A DNA stretch of 64,000 nt from Lama guanicoe (taxonomy: Eukaryota). Location: assembly GCA_013239625.1 (NCBI GenBank), contig MU054391.1:3129130-3193129 (forward strand), read 5' to 3'. The notes beneath the pieces are model-generated. The model was not told the DNA's origin. It ran no database searches and saw only the letters and a list, made by a program, of their open reading frames with translations. Made by a program: the position numbers and the translations under genes. This document shows, in pieces, positions 1 through 13,818 of the stretch. How positions within the stretch are numbered: position 1 is the first letter of the stretch; each line of letters starts with the position of its first letter.

Positions 1-545
1 TCTTGCCAAAAGGGTTGAATGTGAGGAGCATCGGTGCAGCCAAAGCAGCAGATCAAGGGCCCTGGCCCGGCCCCCCCTTCTGGAAGGCTTCGGGAGGAGG
101 AGGCCTAAATCGGGGATCTGGAAACGTGGGTGACCTGGAAACCAAGAGGCTAGGAGCAGCATCAGCTGCTGAAGACAGACCTGGGAATGATGAGCTCAGG
201 AAAGCTCACCACTTCCGTAGCTCAGTGGAAGGACTCCCGGCCGGGTCAGCACGGGGAGGCGGTGAACTCTGAGTGGGAGTTCCTGGTGTGTTCTGAGCAC
301 TGAGATCCAGGCCTGGTGGTCGACTTAAAATAATGGGTGATTGTACGAAGATGTAGGCACTTAACTCGGGGGACCGGGAAGTGAGGAGATAGAAACATCT
401 CGCGATAATCAGGCGGGGTGGCAAAGCTGAACTTCTAACACAAACAGCGAAGACTGTTCTCTAACAGCTGTTAGGACGGGCTCCGCCAACTCCTGGAGCT
501 GAGTCTCACGTCACCGCAAGATCTCCACACTCGAATGCGTGCGCA

Positions 546-1022
546 CACATAGCCCCCGACTTAGGACGGCTACTTTTTGACTTTATGATGATGTGAAAGC
601 CATAAGCATTCAGTAGAAAGTGTACACCAGATTCTGAATGCTGGGCCTTTTCCAGGCTGTACGCTGCAAGATGCTCTCTGGTGGTGGTGGGCGGTAGCCG
701 CCATTGCAGCCCCCATCAGCCACATGATCACACTCACAACCATTCTGCACCCGGACAACTGCTCTGCCTTACACTTTCAGTGCGGTATTCAATCAACGAC
801 ATGAGATCGTCAACACTTAATTATGAAACAGGCCTTGTGTTAGGCGGTTTGACCCAGCGGAAGGTCAGTGTAAGTGTTCTGAGCATGTGTAAGGTAAGCT
901 AGGCTAGGCTATGGTGTTGGGTAGGTTAGATGTGTTATACGCATTTTTCAACTTACAATATTTTCAACTTCTGATGGGTTTATCAGGTTTATGTAACCCC
1001 ATCATAAGGAGAGGAAGATCGG
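546..1022 (-). mobile_element. MER47/Tigger5-family non-autonomous Tc1/mariner DNA transposon (Tigger5b/MER47C-like)
   Basis: Degenerate terminal inverted repeats (cacatagcccccgacttaggacgg ... ccatcataaggagaggaagatcgg, followed by TA). Internal text gtaagtgttctgagcatgtgtaaggtaagctaggctaggctatggtgttgggtaggttagatgtg matches the reverse complement of the MER47 consensus as recalled. Confidence 0.85.
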
Positions 1023-1029
1023 TATGTCA

Positions 1030-1258
1030 GATAATATATATTATATATGTAAAACATACATGTGATTATATATTATATAACATGGGGATACATGTAACAT
1101 ATAGCATATATTTATTTATGTATTTTAATATATACAAAATAAATACATGTTTATATATTACATGTATTATATATTTATTGATCATATTTTATATACTATG
1201 TATACGTTATTATACTATGTATAGCATATGTTATAATTATATATAATATATATTAAAA
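1030..1258. repeat. AT-rich low-complexity (TA)n-like tract
   Basis: About 230 bp of almost pure A/T built from tatat/atata motifs. Confidence 0.9.
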
Positions 1259-1509
1259 ATTTTTCTTAAATCTCCGATTCCAGAAACAAGAATAGCCAGC
1301 CTTCTCTTTGGACCCAGCAGGCTTGTTAACCAATTAGCATACGTACACTGAGGGGAGGGCGGTAGGCTTCATGGAAAGAGAGACGTCGGGCAGAGAGGCA
1401 GAGCGAGGAGGAGCCCCGTCCCGTCGGCCAGGGCAGGGGTGCCCTGCCGTGTGGACAGGATAACGCAGTGATTAGGAGTCTGCCTTTTGGAAAGAAGCTA
1501 ATGAGATTT

Positions 1510-1690
1510 CTCAGTCTGGGTCTGCCACTTATTAACCGGCCACTATCGGGCAAGGTGCGTAGCCTGTCTTTATCCTTATCTGCAGAATGAGAATAGTAAC
1601 TCCCCCATTCCACACCACTGCTGAGAAGACAAAACAGTTGATGTACAAGAAGGGGAAGAGCTGTGTTAGTACCACGTCTAGTACAAAGTC
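1510..1690 (+). mobile_element. MIR fragment
   Basis: ctgccacttatta...gggcaagg...ccttatctgcagaatgagaatagtaa resembles the MIR core. Confidence 0.5.
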
Positions 1691-2379
1691 ACTTTGCGCT
1701 GAACGTCAGCTGTAACTCTTCCTGTGTCATCTGCCTTTCACGTGAAAGAAGCTGAAGGAAGCGGCTGTTCCGGACTTAGATGCTACGGCCTGTGAACCAT
1801 CCACTGACCCCTCGTGCTGAGCTTCCATTCTCACGAAGACAGCTTCTGATTTTGCTTCCTACATAGCTCAGCCTGTAGAAAATGAATTCACATTCGCACT
1901 GAAATGAACATTCTAGTCTGCGGGACACAGATTTCCCATTAAAAATGAACATACTGACATTATGGATCAGGCATTAAGAATCGAGTCAGCATCGTTGAAT
2001 CCCCTTGAGACCAATGGATTCTGGGTATAAACAAGACCGGATTTCTGATCACACCGCCCCAAGCGTGATGAATGCATCAGAGTAACATCAATAACTAGGG
2101 TCTTTTGTGGTCAGCCCACGGTGCCAGTTCCCAGGTCTAGCTGGAATCCGGTGACTTCCCCGAGGACGTCGCGGGGGAGTCCTGTGCTCGCTGGAGCAAG
2201 TGGGATGAGGTAACACTGGTTCCTTGGGATTTGTTAATTATGATATGACCTGATGCAGACACCTTTGCTCATTGCTCTTTCCAGCAAAGTACCTGCAAAA
2301 GCACCCATCCAACTGTTATGCCCACATCTAAGCCCTAGCAGTTGGACGGGACCCAGATCCAACGGGGATGTACGCAACC

Positions 2380-2820
2380 TGTTACAGACTAAATTGTGTT
2401 CCCCCAAAAGATATGGGACAGTCCCAACCCCCGGTATCTCTAAATGTAGCTTTACTTGAAAACAGGGTCATTGCAGACGCAGTGAGTTAAGAGGAGGCCA
2501 TGATGGAGTACCGGGGGCCTTAATCCAACATGACAGCTGTTCTCATAGGAAGAGGAGAGGGACAGAAAGAGGAGAATGCTATATGAAGACACAGAGACAC
2601 AGAGGGAGGGGAGATGGCCGTGCAAGCGCCAGGATGCCACTGATTGCTGCGAACACTGGAGCTCGGGGAGGCAAGAGAGGACCCCCCGGATGGGTTTCAG
2701 AGGGAGAATGGCCCAGCTGACTCCACACTTCGGGAACTCCTCTCTTCAAAACAGTAAAACAATCCGTGTTTGTTGTTGTCAGTCTTCCAGGTTGTGGTAT
2801 TTTGTTATGACAGCCACTCC
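2380..2820 (+). mobile_element. MaLR solo LTR, MLT1C/MLT1B-like
   Basis: Starts tgttacagactaaattgtgttcccccaaaagatatg; contains aaacagggtcattgcaga and ccttaatccaacatgacagctgt; ends gttgtggtattttgttatgacagcc. All are MLT1 hallmarks. Confidence 0.85.
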
Positions 2821-4380
2821 CACCACCCAGCAGCCATTAGAATCCCTCGGGCCATGCTGACCCTAGATTTACTCAAGGCACCATCACGCACTAAGCATGT
2901 GTTGGACATGAGGCTGGAGAAAGGCAGTGCTTCACAAACAAGTAGGGGTATTTGGGGAGCATTCTGGATGACGTGCCCTAGAAAATGCCTGTTTCTAGTA
3001 TTCGTACGTGAGCTCAGACCAGCTAACTGCCTTCTCCTGCTCGAAGGAAGACCCATGGCATGATTTAATTAGTCATCTCTTGTAAATGGATGGTTTGGAA
3101 GAGCATGGCTTTAGCTGGGTATCCCTGTAGCATTTTTATTCCTCATTGATTCTGTTCAAGTAAGCATGTGCAATTCAACATGGAGAAAAAGAAGACTGTG
3201 CTGAAAAGGCATCATTTTATAATATGCTGGAAAGCAGATTTATAGAGATTCTTGTAGACTCTGAATGCCAGCCCAATTTTTAAAAGTGCTAATATTCTCC
3301 CAAGTTATTTGTTACCTGGGGAACGTGATCCAAACAACGGTGAGCAATTTACTCTGTAAGTTAATACGCTGTTAGAAAAATGAGATACATTGATTATTGT
3401 CTGATCGAATACTGCATCTCATAGAATTCTTTATTCAGACATTCCAGCTTGACTGGTCGGGTTATTAGTAAGGAATAAACTGGCTGATCCCATGAAAGCA
3501 TATATAGTGGGGGCGGTGCACTTACAAAATAAAGGGTGTCATAAATTTTGTGCCAGGTAGCTTGCCGAACAGGCATCCGCCTTCTCTACAGATGGCGCAT
3601 TTCAATTGCATAAGCGACCAGCTATCACCATCTCTCTCTTTTGTGTACGTTACCGTGGCAGGCAAAGCCCAGGGCTATTGGCAGAGCGGATCATTTTTTT
3701 TTAACATGATTGCCACTGCTTTGGGATTAGGTAAACTGCGAGAAACCAGAAGCCGGGCTTCCCAGCTTGAGAGCGTATGCACTTGCCAGATGAGTGGTTT
3801 TGAAAATTGGCCTTCCTTTGCTGAAACATGTTTTTCTACACTCTAAGAAACCTCCAGCACGAGAGGGGAATGTTGCGTCAGGACACAGGAGGCAAACTGA
3901 GCACTGTGCCTCTCCTGCTTTTTGCCTTTATTTTTGTTTTCTTTCGTGGAATGAAGACTGGCCAAATACAAACTGCGTTCATCCTCCACCCCTCTTCTCA
4001 GTCCGGAGATGACGGAGTGAGCCAGAACTCTCTGGACCCTGTGCCGGAGCACCCACTCGCCTAAGGGGAGTAGCGGGTGGGCCAGATCCCCGGGTGGGCA
4101 GGGCCGCCTCCCAGAGGTATCTGAGACGGAGGTGCCCAGTGAACTCAAGTCAGGGCAAACTTTAACGAAGGCACAGGGGACTGCCGCTCAGACGCCCTCC
4201 TTCCAATCTCTGGTTTCTTGGCAGAAAATATCGTAAACTAAGAACTAAGAGTCAGGTTAATATGTGGGGGGCAAAAAAAGAAAAAAAACTAATCACACAA
4301 TCCTGGAGGCTTGAGTGGGGAGAAATTCCTCCCCACCTTGCTGCCAGAGGCAACAATGAGTTGAGGCGGCAGGGAGAGAG

Positions 4381-4980
4381 GGCCCGGAGCGGGGAGATCA
4401 ACACCGACGCGGCAGCCGGCAGCCCCGGCTCCCGCCCGGGGAGGGGCGCACGTCCCAGCACCCTAAGGACGCGCGGGGGTGGCGCAGAGCCCGCCTCCAG
4501 ACCAGGACGTTCTGGTTTAAAGTCTGGAGCTTCCTCCACGACACCAACTTGTCTCCTCTTTTTCCCAGCCGTAATGCTGGAGACCAGCAAGCTCAGATGC
4601 TCCGGCTACAAGTGCTCTGCAACCGTGACTCACTTTTGAGTAGCCTGAGGAAGGTAGGTACTAAGATCACGCTGTCCTCGACCAGCATCCGAGTCCCAGA
4701 AGTTTGGACGAGTTAAGGGATTTCATTCGGGAGCCAGGAGACGGCACACGGGTGTGCATCACTCATCCTGCCGTGTGTGTTGTGCGTCCGACGCTGGCCC
4801 TTGGCTCCGACGGAGGAGCAGAGGCGCTGCGCTGCTGCGGAGGCCGTCGGGCAGCCCCCCCGAAGGGGCAGGCCCGGCGTGGGAGCGCCGGGAGGACGCC
4901 CAGGCATGGCTGGGCCTGGCCGCCCGGCAGGGCCTGCCCCCCGAGGCCCGCCTGGTGGCCACGTCTGGGTTCGCATCCGC
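4381..4980. promoter_or_regulatory. CpG island (orphan; candidate promoter/enhancer)
   Basis: About 50 CpG in 600 bp by hand count, very GC-rich, with GC-box-like cccgccc and gcgggggtggcg motifs. Confidence 0.65.
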
Positions 4981-6334
4981 TGCTGAGTGGGGCCTGAGAG
5001 AGGAGAGCCTGAGCCGTGCTCTTGTTTTCTCACCACCTGATGATGGAGTTTGTGTGAAGACAATTTAGGGAGAGAAAATGAAAATTCAGGCAACAGAAAT
5101 GTCATTTCATCTTGAAGGCAGACGAGCACTTGGTCACTGGCTCCCGTGCCTGGGGAGGGCCCGCTGGCCGGAGCTGCGCCCTCCTTGGGGCTGTGAGCCG
5201 TTACGCCCCGATGTCCTCGTGTACAGCACTGATACGCACCTCCTGAAAACGATACACCAACCATGTCACTTTCATATATAAATACGTTAAATGTACCCCA
5301 AATTGTCTACAGGTAAGTTCTACCTTTTTCTATCTAAAGTTGGAGATCTGCTTTCCACATAGACTCTGAGTGTCTCCATCTGTCTTGCCCTTCCGCGTGA
5401 AATCCTTTGTTTCTCTTATCTAACCACATCCAAATCCCCCCTTCCAGCCAAATGTGCCTTGATTTAAGCTGCTAAATTTCGTGGTAACCTGTTACATGGC
5501 TACTAAGATACATAACACACGGTAGATGTCTTGACACAGCTTCGCTGTCCCTTTTAAGTTTGTAATAATGTAACTTCTGCAAACAATTATGTATTGTGCC
5601 CTATTGTTATTTAGAAGTAACAAGCAATGTAACTCTTTGTCATCACATCCCAGGCGTACGACCATACAGAATCTATTAAAATACATTAATCTCAGTTTTC
5701 CCATCTGCAAAAGCAAGTTTTTTTGATTGTGATTACTGACATCCTCGATCCTTTCTAATTCTCTCATATCTTAATCCTTCGTGCTTCTAACAGTGCCAAG
5801 TGCAAAGAGAACCGAAAAAAAAAAGTCAAGTTTTTGAAAGCTAATCAGTCAATTAAGGAGTATTTATTGAGTGATTACTATGTGCTCAGACTTTTGCCAG
5901 GAGCAATGAATTTCAAGACTCCTTTATGTGTCACTGACCATTTTGTTGAAGCCACTGATTTTTTAAAAATTTCCCATATGTCTTTCATTTCTACAGCAAT
6001 TTTTAAATTAATAAAACTTAAAACTGAACACTATTTAAAGAAAAAAAAATTCATTCAAACCCAGAACATCTGTGTTACTTGTCAGTCATCAGGGGTTGCT
6101 GAAGGGCAGCTGGCTGCGGGAAATGTGAATGAGGTCATCACGCAGAGCTGACTTCAGCACGTAAGAGTGGTGAGTCTCAGTTTAATGACCTTGCAACTCG
6201 GTACGTGTTGAAGAAGAGGCCCCCATTTTCATTTATCACTGGGCCGCACCCATTATGTGGCCCCTCCTGCCCTCAGGTGATTCTGATACGATCCTCTTCC
6301 ACTGCCCTGTTGACAGACAGCAAAGAGAAAGAGG

Positions 6335-6820
6335 TGATTCTAGGTTGGCTCCCCAGAAGCAGACCCTAAGATAAGAATTTGTGGGCAGCTGACTTGCTAA
6401 GGAAATGTTCCAGGGAGAAGCTTGTAAGGGATCTGGGGAACCAGGACAGGAAAGGGGAAAAAGCAGAGCCAGAGTGTGACTCCAGGACAGCACCCCTCAC
6501 CACCCGCAGGGTGGCCCCAGGCTGGAGAGCGTGGCCGGTGAGCTGTCCTCTCAGTGTCTGGGCCTGAGTGAGGCTGTGAGTTTCCAGCTGCCAACCCCGT
6601 ACTCTTTAGGGCAAGAGCTAGGAGCGAGGAGGGCCTCCCAAGGGGTCAGCTCTCTGCACATAAAACCAAGGGCACTCCAGGAGCTGAGGGCCGTCCTCGG
6701 CGAACAGCCGCAGCTGCAGACCTTTGGACACAGAAGCACCTTGCAGCTGAGAGAGGCAAACTGAAGCGGCAGAAGGAACCCTCGCGGATGTGGGTGGCGC
6801 ACCGGCAGCTCTCACTGCGA
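6335..6820 (-). mobile_element. ERVL solo LTR, LTR16A/B-like
   Basis: ttctaggttggctccccagaagcagaccctaagataagaatttg...ggacaggaaaggggaaaaagc matches the reverse-complemented LTR16 end as recalled. Confidence 0.65.
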
Positions 6821-7069
6821 CGGTCGGTCACTCTGAAACCAATAAACTATCTTTCTCATTCCTGAGGACTTCCCTAAGGTTTCCGGTGGGATATTCTCTC
6901 AAAGTTTCAAATCACGATCAAGGATCAACAAACACGCTGTGTTCGTGAACTGTGTGCTCTGTGCTAGATGTTGTGTTACATACTGTGAAGAACACATAGA
7001 AAGATGAGACAAGACTTGTGCTGTATTCAAAAGGAAGAAGTTAAAATTGTGGGAGAGACATTCGTTTTT

Positions 7070-7730
7070 TTCATGCAACATTTACTGTGAGCCAAACGCT
7101 AGCACTGAGGATTGAGATCACCGGGGCGGTGCTGTGTGGTCCTCGCTCTCAGAAATCGACAGTATTGAGGTAGGGCGTCTAACGGACATGTGAACACATC
7201 AACAAGGTGAGACCTTTCAGGGGCACACCCAGGGCCCATTCAAACCAAAGAAGATGATGCAAGTTTCCAGATGCTTTTGATGGGGTTAGACTAAATTTCT
7301 AAGAATAAATAAAATGAAGAGGAGGAAGGGATTTCAGGCTAGTCAATATGTTAGCCAAAATATAAAGATTTTTGGTCATTTTTTTTTAACCAGCCTTATT
7401 GAGTAAGATTCTGGGGGGGGGGGGAAATATTAAATACAGGAGACCAAGTGTTTACCCTCACATAGCTTGCATGAGAAAGCATGCATGCAGAGAAACTTCA
7501 AAATGTGCTATTTTGAGACAAAGATATTTGCCAAGAAGGTAGGCACAGAATAACACAAGGCATTCAGATGTCTGTGTGTAGCTCAGTGTGGCCACGAAGC
7601 TGGAGAGACAGGACTATGAGAGCTCTGTGATGTTCTCTTGGGAGTGCTGGAGAGATGCTGGAGCGTTTTAAACACAAGGGTGACGTGGTCATGTTTATAT
7701 TTTAGAAACATCATTCTTGTACTTAATTGC
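7070..7730 (-). mobile_element. L2 fragments
   Basis: caacatttactgtgagcc... and ggagcgttttaaacacaagggtgacgtggtcatgtttatattttagaaacatcattct are typical of the antisense L2 3' region. Confidence 0.55.
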
Positions 7731-7848
7731 TCTGGACTTACCTTCATACGTGGTGGCCCAGTTAGTCTCACTGCCTCCTTTCACCTCTGTTATTTTAAGA
7801 GTCTCAATTATCTAATTCAAGGGAGCGTAGTTAGAGGAGTCTCTCCAT

Positions 7849-8060
7849 TAGTTGTCTGAACCCAGGACATTGATTCTCTCCCAGAGGAGAGTTAGGGATG
7901 TCTGGACACATTTTTGGCTGTCAGGATCCAGAGATTGCTACCGGCATCTCATGTGTGGAGGTCAGGGATGCTGCTGACCTCTCTGCAGTGCACAGGACGC
8001 CCTGACAACCAAGCATTACCTGATCCAAAATGCCAACAGGGCCAACGCTGAGAAACCCTG
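7849..8060 (+). mobile_element. MER20 (hAT-Charlie MITE)
   Basis: atgtctggacacatttttggctgtca...gaggtcagggatgctgct...tgcacaggac...ccaaaatgccaacagggccaacgctgagaaaccctg matches MER20, including the 3' TIR. Confidence 0.9.
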
Positions 8061-8499
8061 TTACAGATGACAAAAGAGGAAGTGAAATAATTTTCTGAAG
8101 ACAAGAGAGTGCCTGGTGCCTGGGCGGGAGTGGAGGAGGTCTGGGGCAATCTCTGCGGGAAACGCGTTGAGCATCCTTCAGTGGCAACAGTTCTCAACTG
8201 CAGAATTGCTGAATCAAGTGTGCAAAAATTTGAGGTGTGCTGAAGTACTTGATTACTAAAAACAAAGTACTACGTTTGTAGATTAAATACTCTCTTTTGT
8301 AATATTCTCATTTATTGGGATTCAGCTACGTTTCTTGTTAGGAAGCGTGAAGAAGTGAACTCTAATGGGATGGTCATCGGTCATGGGCATTCAGCAACCA
8401 CGTGGTGTCCTTTATTCTGTGACAACCATTGCTTTATGACATTAAACTACAGTCTCATTTCCCATCCCAATTACAAAGGTGTTCTTTCTCTATTATTCA

Positions 8500-8920
8500 A
8501 AATCAAATTTAACCAACAAATATTGAGTAATTTTATGCACAGACTCTGGGATTATAAGTATGAATAAAACATTGAAATTCAAATCCATAAGGCGGACAGA
8601 CATCTCTAAATCCCTGAGTGACTGGAGTAGGAGTTATTATGGATGTATAAAGGAAGTGCTAAGTGGAATGCTTTATGGGAGAGAGATTGCATGCAGATGA
8701 GATTTTATGGAAGAGGGGCAAACAGAGTTGAGATACGAAACATGCTCAGGGTTCCCCCAGGGTAGAAGTGGGGAAGAAGATATTCTAGGTGTAGGAAACA
8801 CCCTAATCAGAGGCTTGAAGATGAAGGGATATGATCTTAATACAGACTTCGAATTATCTAAGTCGTCCAGGAGATAAAGCTGGAAGAAGACACATGGCAA
8901 ATGTTGGGCTTATGCATAAA
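8500..8920 (-). mobile_element. L2 3' fragment
   Basis: caacaaatattgagt... start followed by purine-rich L2 antisense text (gatattctaggtgtaggaaacac...gaggcttgaag). Confidence 0.55.
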
Positions 8921-10569
8921 TCATTCCTGTCAAATAGCACAGCTTTGTTAATGTCTTCATCACGGCATTCTATAGCTTTCCGCATTCTCCGTAACTCACA
9001 AAACATTCGAGTTTCACTAGCTCATTGAACTTTACCACAAATCAATCAAATTTAGTGAATGGTTACCGTTTCTTCCAGGGCAGCAGGCGTGGACTGCAAA
9101 CTCAGAAACACAGAAGGGACTCACGAGACATTCATCATCATGTATTTTGGCACCGGTGCTTGTCACACTGAGAAGGACTGGCAGAAGCCCAGGAGACAAT
9201 GAATATGCAACACTGAACTTTTTTCATTCAAATGACATGGCATCCTTTAGATGCACCCTCTGACCCTCAGTATAACACGTGTCTGAGAAAGCACAACTCT
9301 CTCTCTAGTTCTTCCTGCAATTTCAAAATCTGAAGTCACGTAGATCTGCTGAGGCTACCGCAAAGTGTTCAGATCTGACACCCTAAGTGAACTAAAAAAA
9401 GTTCCAAAAGAGTTTATTGTTTAAACTGTGCAACTCGTTCTCTGGCCTGGATAATGTTATTGATTTTTTATGACTTTGGTTTTCTTATTTGCATTTTCTA
9501 GATTTGGTTGCAATTTGATGTTAATTTTTTCAGATGAATAATCTTAATGGGTTATACATTTTTCTTGATTAATTGCTAAACTACTAGTGTTGCATTTGAG
9601 TAATTACTAAAAGCAATTAAAAGTTAAAAGAAAGAGATAAATCCTTCGAGAAGTCCACACCTGAGCCAAAGCAATTCAAGGTCATGGGATCTCCACGATT
9701 ATGTTTTGAAATAAACACAGAATATGTTCCTTTTTTGTCAGGACATTTCATAAACAGCCAGTGAGAGCTGTCACCAGGGGAGAAAATTACACGAAACAGT
9801 TGGTACAAAAATAGATCTGGAGGTCAAACGATGTTTCATATCTCAACCCTGAGTTCTTATTAAAGGAGCTCTTTGTCTAAAAATAATATTTGCCAAGTGT
9901 TTCAGTGTCTAAAAAGGACACCCCTCATTCTCTATTTTCATGTGACTCTCTCAGTATCATCTGAGTCATCATCAGCCTTATTTTTCTGATGGAGAAACTT
10001 GGGATCATAGAAGTTAAATAATTTATTTTGTTCAATTGTGGTTTCCCTTAACATCCTTGAAATAAGGATTTACCTTGCAATCAGTTCATTTAGCAATCAT
10101 GTGTTAGTGTAATGACAATATTTTCTTTTGTATCAGTGGAACACATGCATCTTACCATTAATGGCATTGTCACGTCAGTAAAATGCAGCGAATTCTCCGA
10201 GGTCATGTGACTTCATGTGCATAGTGTTTAAATTCAACTCTGATTCCAAATTGTATACTCCTTCCTTGAAACTGTGGCCTCACACAAGATCATCAGTGAA
10301 AAATAAATCAACCAACAGAAAAAGGTTTGAGCTGCAATTGTAGTGTCTGTATTCAAAATATACAATATTATGTGCTGTGTTTGCTTTTTAATAACAGAAA
10401 TATTGATATATTTCTATCATATTTGCATTAGCTACATATTTTAAATTCAGTTTAATTATGTAAACACTTACTAAGGGCATATTTTGTGCAGAACACATTG
10501 CTTTTCATTGTAGGGGCTATGTAGCTTCATAAAATTCAAATTATGCCCTGTATGAGACTTGTATTAAGA

Positions 10570-10700
10570 ACTTTTACACATTTTACCTCATTTAATCCCT
10601 GTTTTGTAGGTGAGTAGGCTGAGGCTCATACAGTTATGCTCTTCCCATGTTATCAGAAGGAAAATGTTGAACTGAAATTAAAACCAGGTCTTCTGGCTCA
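10570..10700 (-). mobile_element. MIR fragment
   Basis: ctcatttaatccc...ttttgtaggtgagtaggctgaggctca...aaaccaggtcttctggctc. Confidence 0.55.
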
Positions 10701-12676
10701 CCAAACCGATTTTACAGACATTATTTCATGGAAATAGGTAGCTCTTATATAAGGTGTGAAAAGAGTGACATAATTACCTTGGCGTTTTGTAAGAAGGAGA
10801 GTTTTGTATTCTATCCAGAAAGCTAGAACAGATCATCTCTCCTCCAATCAAACAGGCATTCTGCTGTTTCCCGAGGACGCAAGCCTTCTGCTGGGGATAA
10901 GGCTCATGAGAACTTCTCATCTCACAACTGGAGTCTGAAGTCAATAAAATGATCAAAGCACTGACAGAGGAGAAGAGAGAAGGTCCAGCCATTTTGTTTG
11001 TTAATAATAACACCAGATAATTAGAAACTTCATTTACTTGTGAGTTCTTTTCATTTCATAAAAATAGTTCTATCCAAAGAGAAGAAGAAAAGAATATTTC
11101 TTCAACTCTAACCCCGAACTGAGCACTGGATGTTCAGCATCATCTTTTATTCCCATGACAGCCTGAGAGTTATTATAACCACTATTTTGTAAGTGTAAAT
11201 ACCCACAGATATGCTGAAATGCCCAGGGTCACAGAACTGTGTCTCATTCCGGAACGCATGACCTTCCTCCTACATCACATCGACGGGAAGGGTTATTTCC
11301 AGACGCTGAGGACCCCAACACACACACACGCTGACCAATGAAGGGACAGCTGGAGTCCAGCTCTGGAGACTGCCATCTTGGTACCCAGGATACTGACTCA
11401 GTTAAACAGTCGGATTTTCTGTCTGAGTTCTAACAGGGTGAAACTAAATGAATCTGTGTTAATAGTAATCATGCATTTAATTGACCATTATTAATCTTAA
11501 AACCTGTTTACCCCTCTCATTTATCTTCCTGATCCTCCACTGTAATTACTATTGTTGTTAGAGCTGCTCCTCTTATTCAGACGATAACGAGTAAGTGAGG
11601 AAACCATCTTGCGGTTCCCGGGAAGGTCAGCTCCCAGCCTAGCCTCCCTCCACCTGCCCTGTTTACACACTTTCCTCTGGATTTAGCTCCACTGTGTTTG
11701 TCCACAAAGGCGTCTTCTTTGTCATCAGTGTAGGTCACCTGTGTGCCTCTCAGGGAGTCCAAGGCAGAGGAGCAGACACTAGGCAGGAGGCAGGCGGAAA
11801 CTCACAGGAGAGGCGGGGAATGCGCGGGAAGTGAGACTAAAGCCAGAGCTCTGCATTCCTCTCCGTCCTTCCAGAACCGCCCCGTCCCCTTTCCTCCTCC
11901 TCCGCCAGCAGGATTCCTGTGCCCTCTGGGTTCCAGGAGGGCTTCTCCAGCTAGGGCGTGAAGGGAGGGAAGAGGTCTCACCTCCGTCCCTGCGAGGTCG
12001 CCTCGGGTCACTGTCGCCGAGTGAAGGATTGTGGACCCTTTCAATGCACCTTGTGCCCTGTACCTCCATCATCTCTGTCTCCTGGCAACCTCTGGTAGCT
12101 CTTCTGCCCCCATGCTCATCATTAGGGCGGTAACATGGCAGCTGATGGCAGCTTCCAGACTCCTGCAGCCCACCCACTTTTTCCCTAGTGCCTTTGCACA
12201 TAAAACTTGCTAAATCCTATTTGGGGTATGTTTCCCGTTGGAACTTGACCGGATACGGATCCGTGGATCAGAACTTAGTCTCTCAGCACAGAGCTGTTTT
12301 ATTCTCACTCCCTCCCCCACTTCCCCTCTACAAGTTCAGAGGCATTTTCTTTACCCTGTGACTCGGGACAAGGTGTCCAGTCTGCATAATGCCTCCACTC
12401 CCTCTTCTCCTAAGTGTGATGTATAACATGGGCTGCTCTCAGCATCAGACGAGACACTGCATGGAAAATGCAGGTGTGGGGCCTGGGAAAGAGTAGATAC
12501 TGGGTACGTTTCAGCTTTAAGAAGGTGCCATCTTGAAGGACTCCATTCTTTTCACTCTGGTAATAAACAGAAATATACATAATTTTTGTGCCCTGAGTGG
12601 GATTTTATAGCAAAACAGTAAAAGTCAAAGAAAAGGGGAAGCTCTTTCAAAAAAAATTTTTTTAAACAAATCATTT

Positions 12677-12980
12677 AATAGACTCACGGACACAGAAAAC
12701 AACTGTGGTTACCAGGGGTAAAGCAGGGAAGAAGGGACATATTAGGAGTTTGGGATTAATAGGTACACACTACATAAAACAGATAAACAACAAGGAACTA
12801 CTGTACAGCACAGGGAACTACATTCAATTTCTTATAATGAGCTGAAAATGGAAAAGAATCTGAATATGCGTATATATGCACGTGTATAACTGAATTGCTT
12901 TGCTGGGCACGTGAAACTAACATTGCAAATTGACTACACTTCAATCAAATGTAAGAATTACAAAGAATAAAGTAAAATAG
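12677..12980 (+). mobile_element. 5'-truncated L1 3' end (artiodactyl-type)
   Basis: aatagactcacggacacagaaaacaa...caacaaggaactactgtacagcacagggaactac...tgtataactgaattgctttgctg...aaattgactacacttcaat plus A-rich tail. Degenerate TSD aacaaatcatt (12665) / aacaagccatt (12981). Confidence 0.85.
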
Positions 12981-13818
12981 AACAAGCCATTAAAAAATCA
13001 CTCCAATGGGTAACAGGAGCCTTCAGACGGACTTCCCCCACCCCTTCTACCTACGGGAGGTTACACAGCTCTGGAAAGAGCTTGATCAGATGTGGCAGCA
13101 GGCCCACAGATAACATCGCTGTCAGTTTACTCAGTTGAGTGATCTGAAAAATATGGGATTTAATTAGAGTCTATTCTCTGTTCTTTCTAAACGTGAGCAG
13201 AGGAGGGTGCACGTCAGCTGACCCAGAACAAAGAGGCCGGGCTCTGAGCATCCTGCCTCTCATCCTTGGAGGCCAAGTAATTAGAAGTTGTTAGAACGAT
13301 CATATCTGAGGCAGAGAAGAAAGAGGCAGAAACTTCTCAAAAATGCGCATTATCTTCTTGCCTGAAAGGGACAGAGAGAAATTCCACACATGTTTCTCTG
13401 AAAGGCAGGGCTGTGCTGTAAGACTACCCACCCCAATTATTCAGGATGAAATGAAAGACAATTGTGGTTTTGAAAACACAAGGCCTAGTAGGCATCTGCG
13501 TGAGCAATGAAGTGAAGAGAACGTTTGGTTGGAAAGAGCTCTATTTATAGAAAAGAGACTGCGGGTTTCGTCTCCTCTTTGCCTTGGCTCTGAGCGAGGG
13601 AGGGCGGAGGCTGGGCTTGGGGACGCACCACCTCCAGTAGTCGGTGCACAGCGAAGATGCGCGGGGGGCCGGGGCCCTGTCCATTTCAATGCAAGATGAA
13701 TGAAAGCTCTGCTTTGTTTTTAAAATTATTTTCTGAATTAGAGTCAGAATGATTAATTTTCTTTACTTCTTCTAAAGTTTACTGTCAGCGTTGGTCCATG
13801 GGGTAGGACCCGAATTTT

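Noticed and set aside
911..1246. 111-aa Tyr/Ile-rich ORF
   Set aside because: Translation of the MER47 end plus the AT-rich low-complexity tract.
4704..5281. Several overlapping ORFs of 67-183 aa on both strands
   Set aside because: Stop-codon depletion caused by the CpG island; Arg/Pro/Gly/Ala-rich with no homology I recognise.
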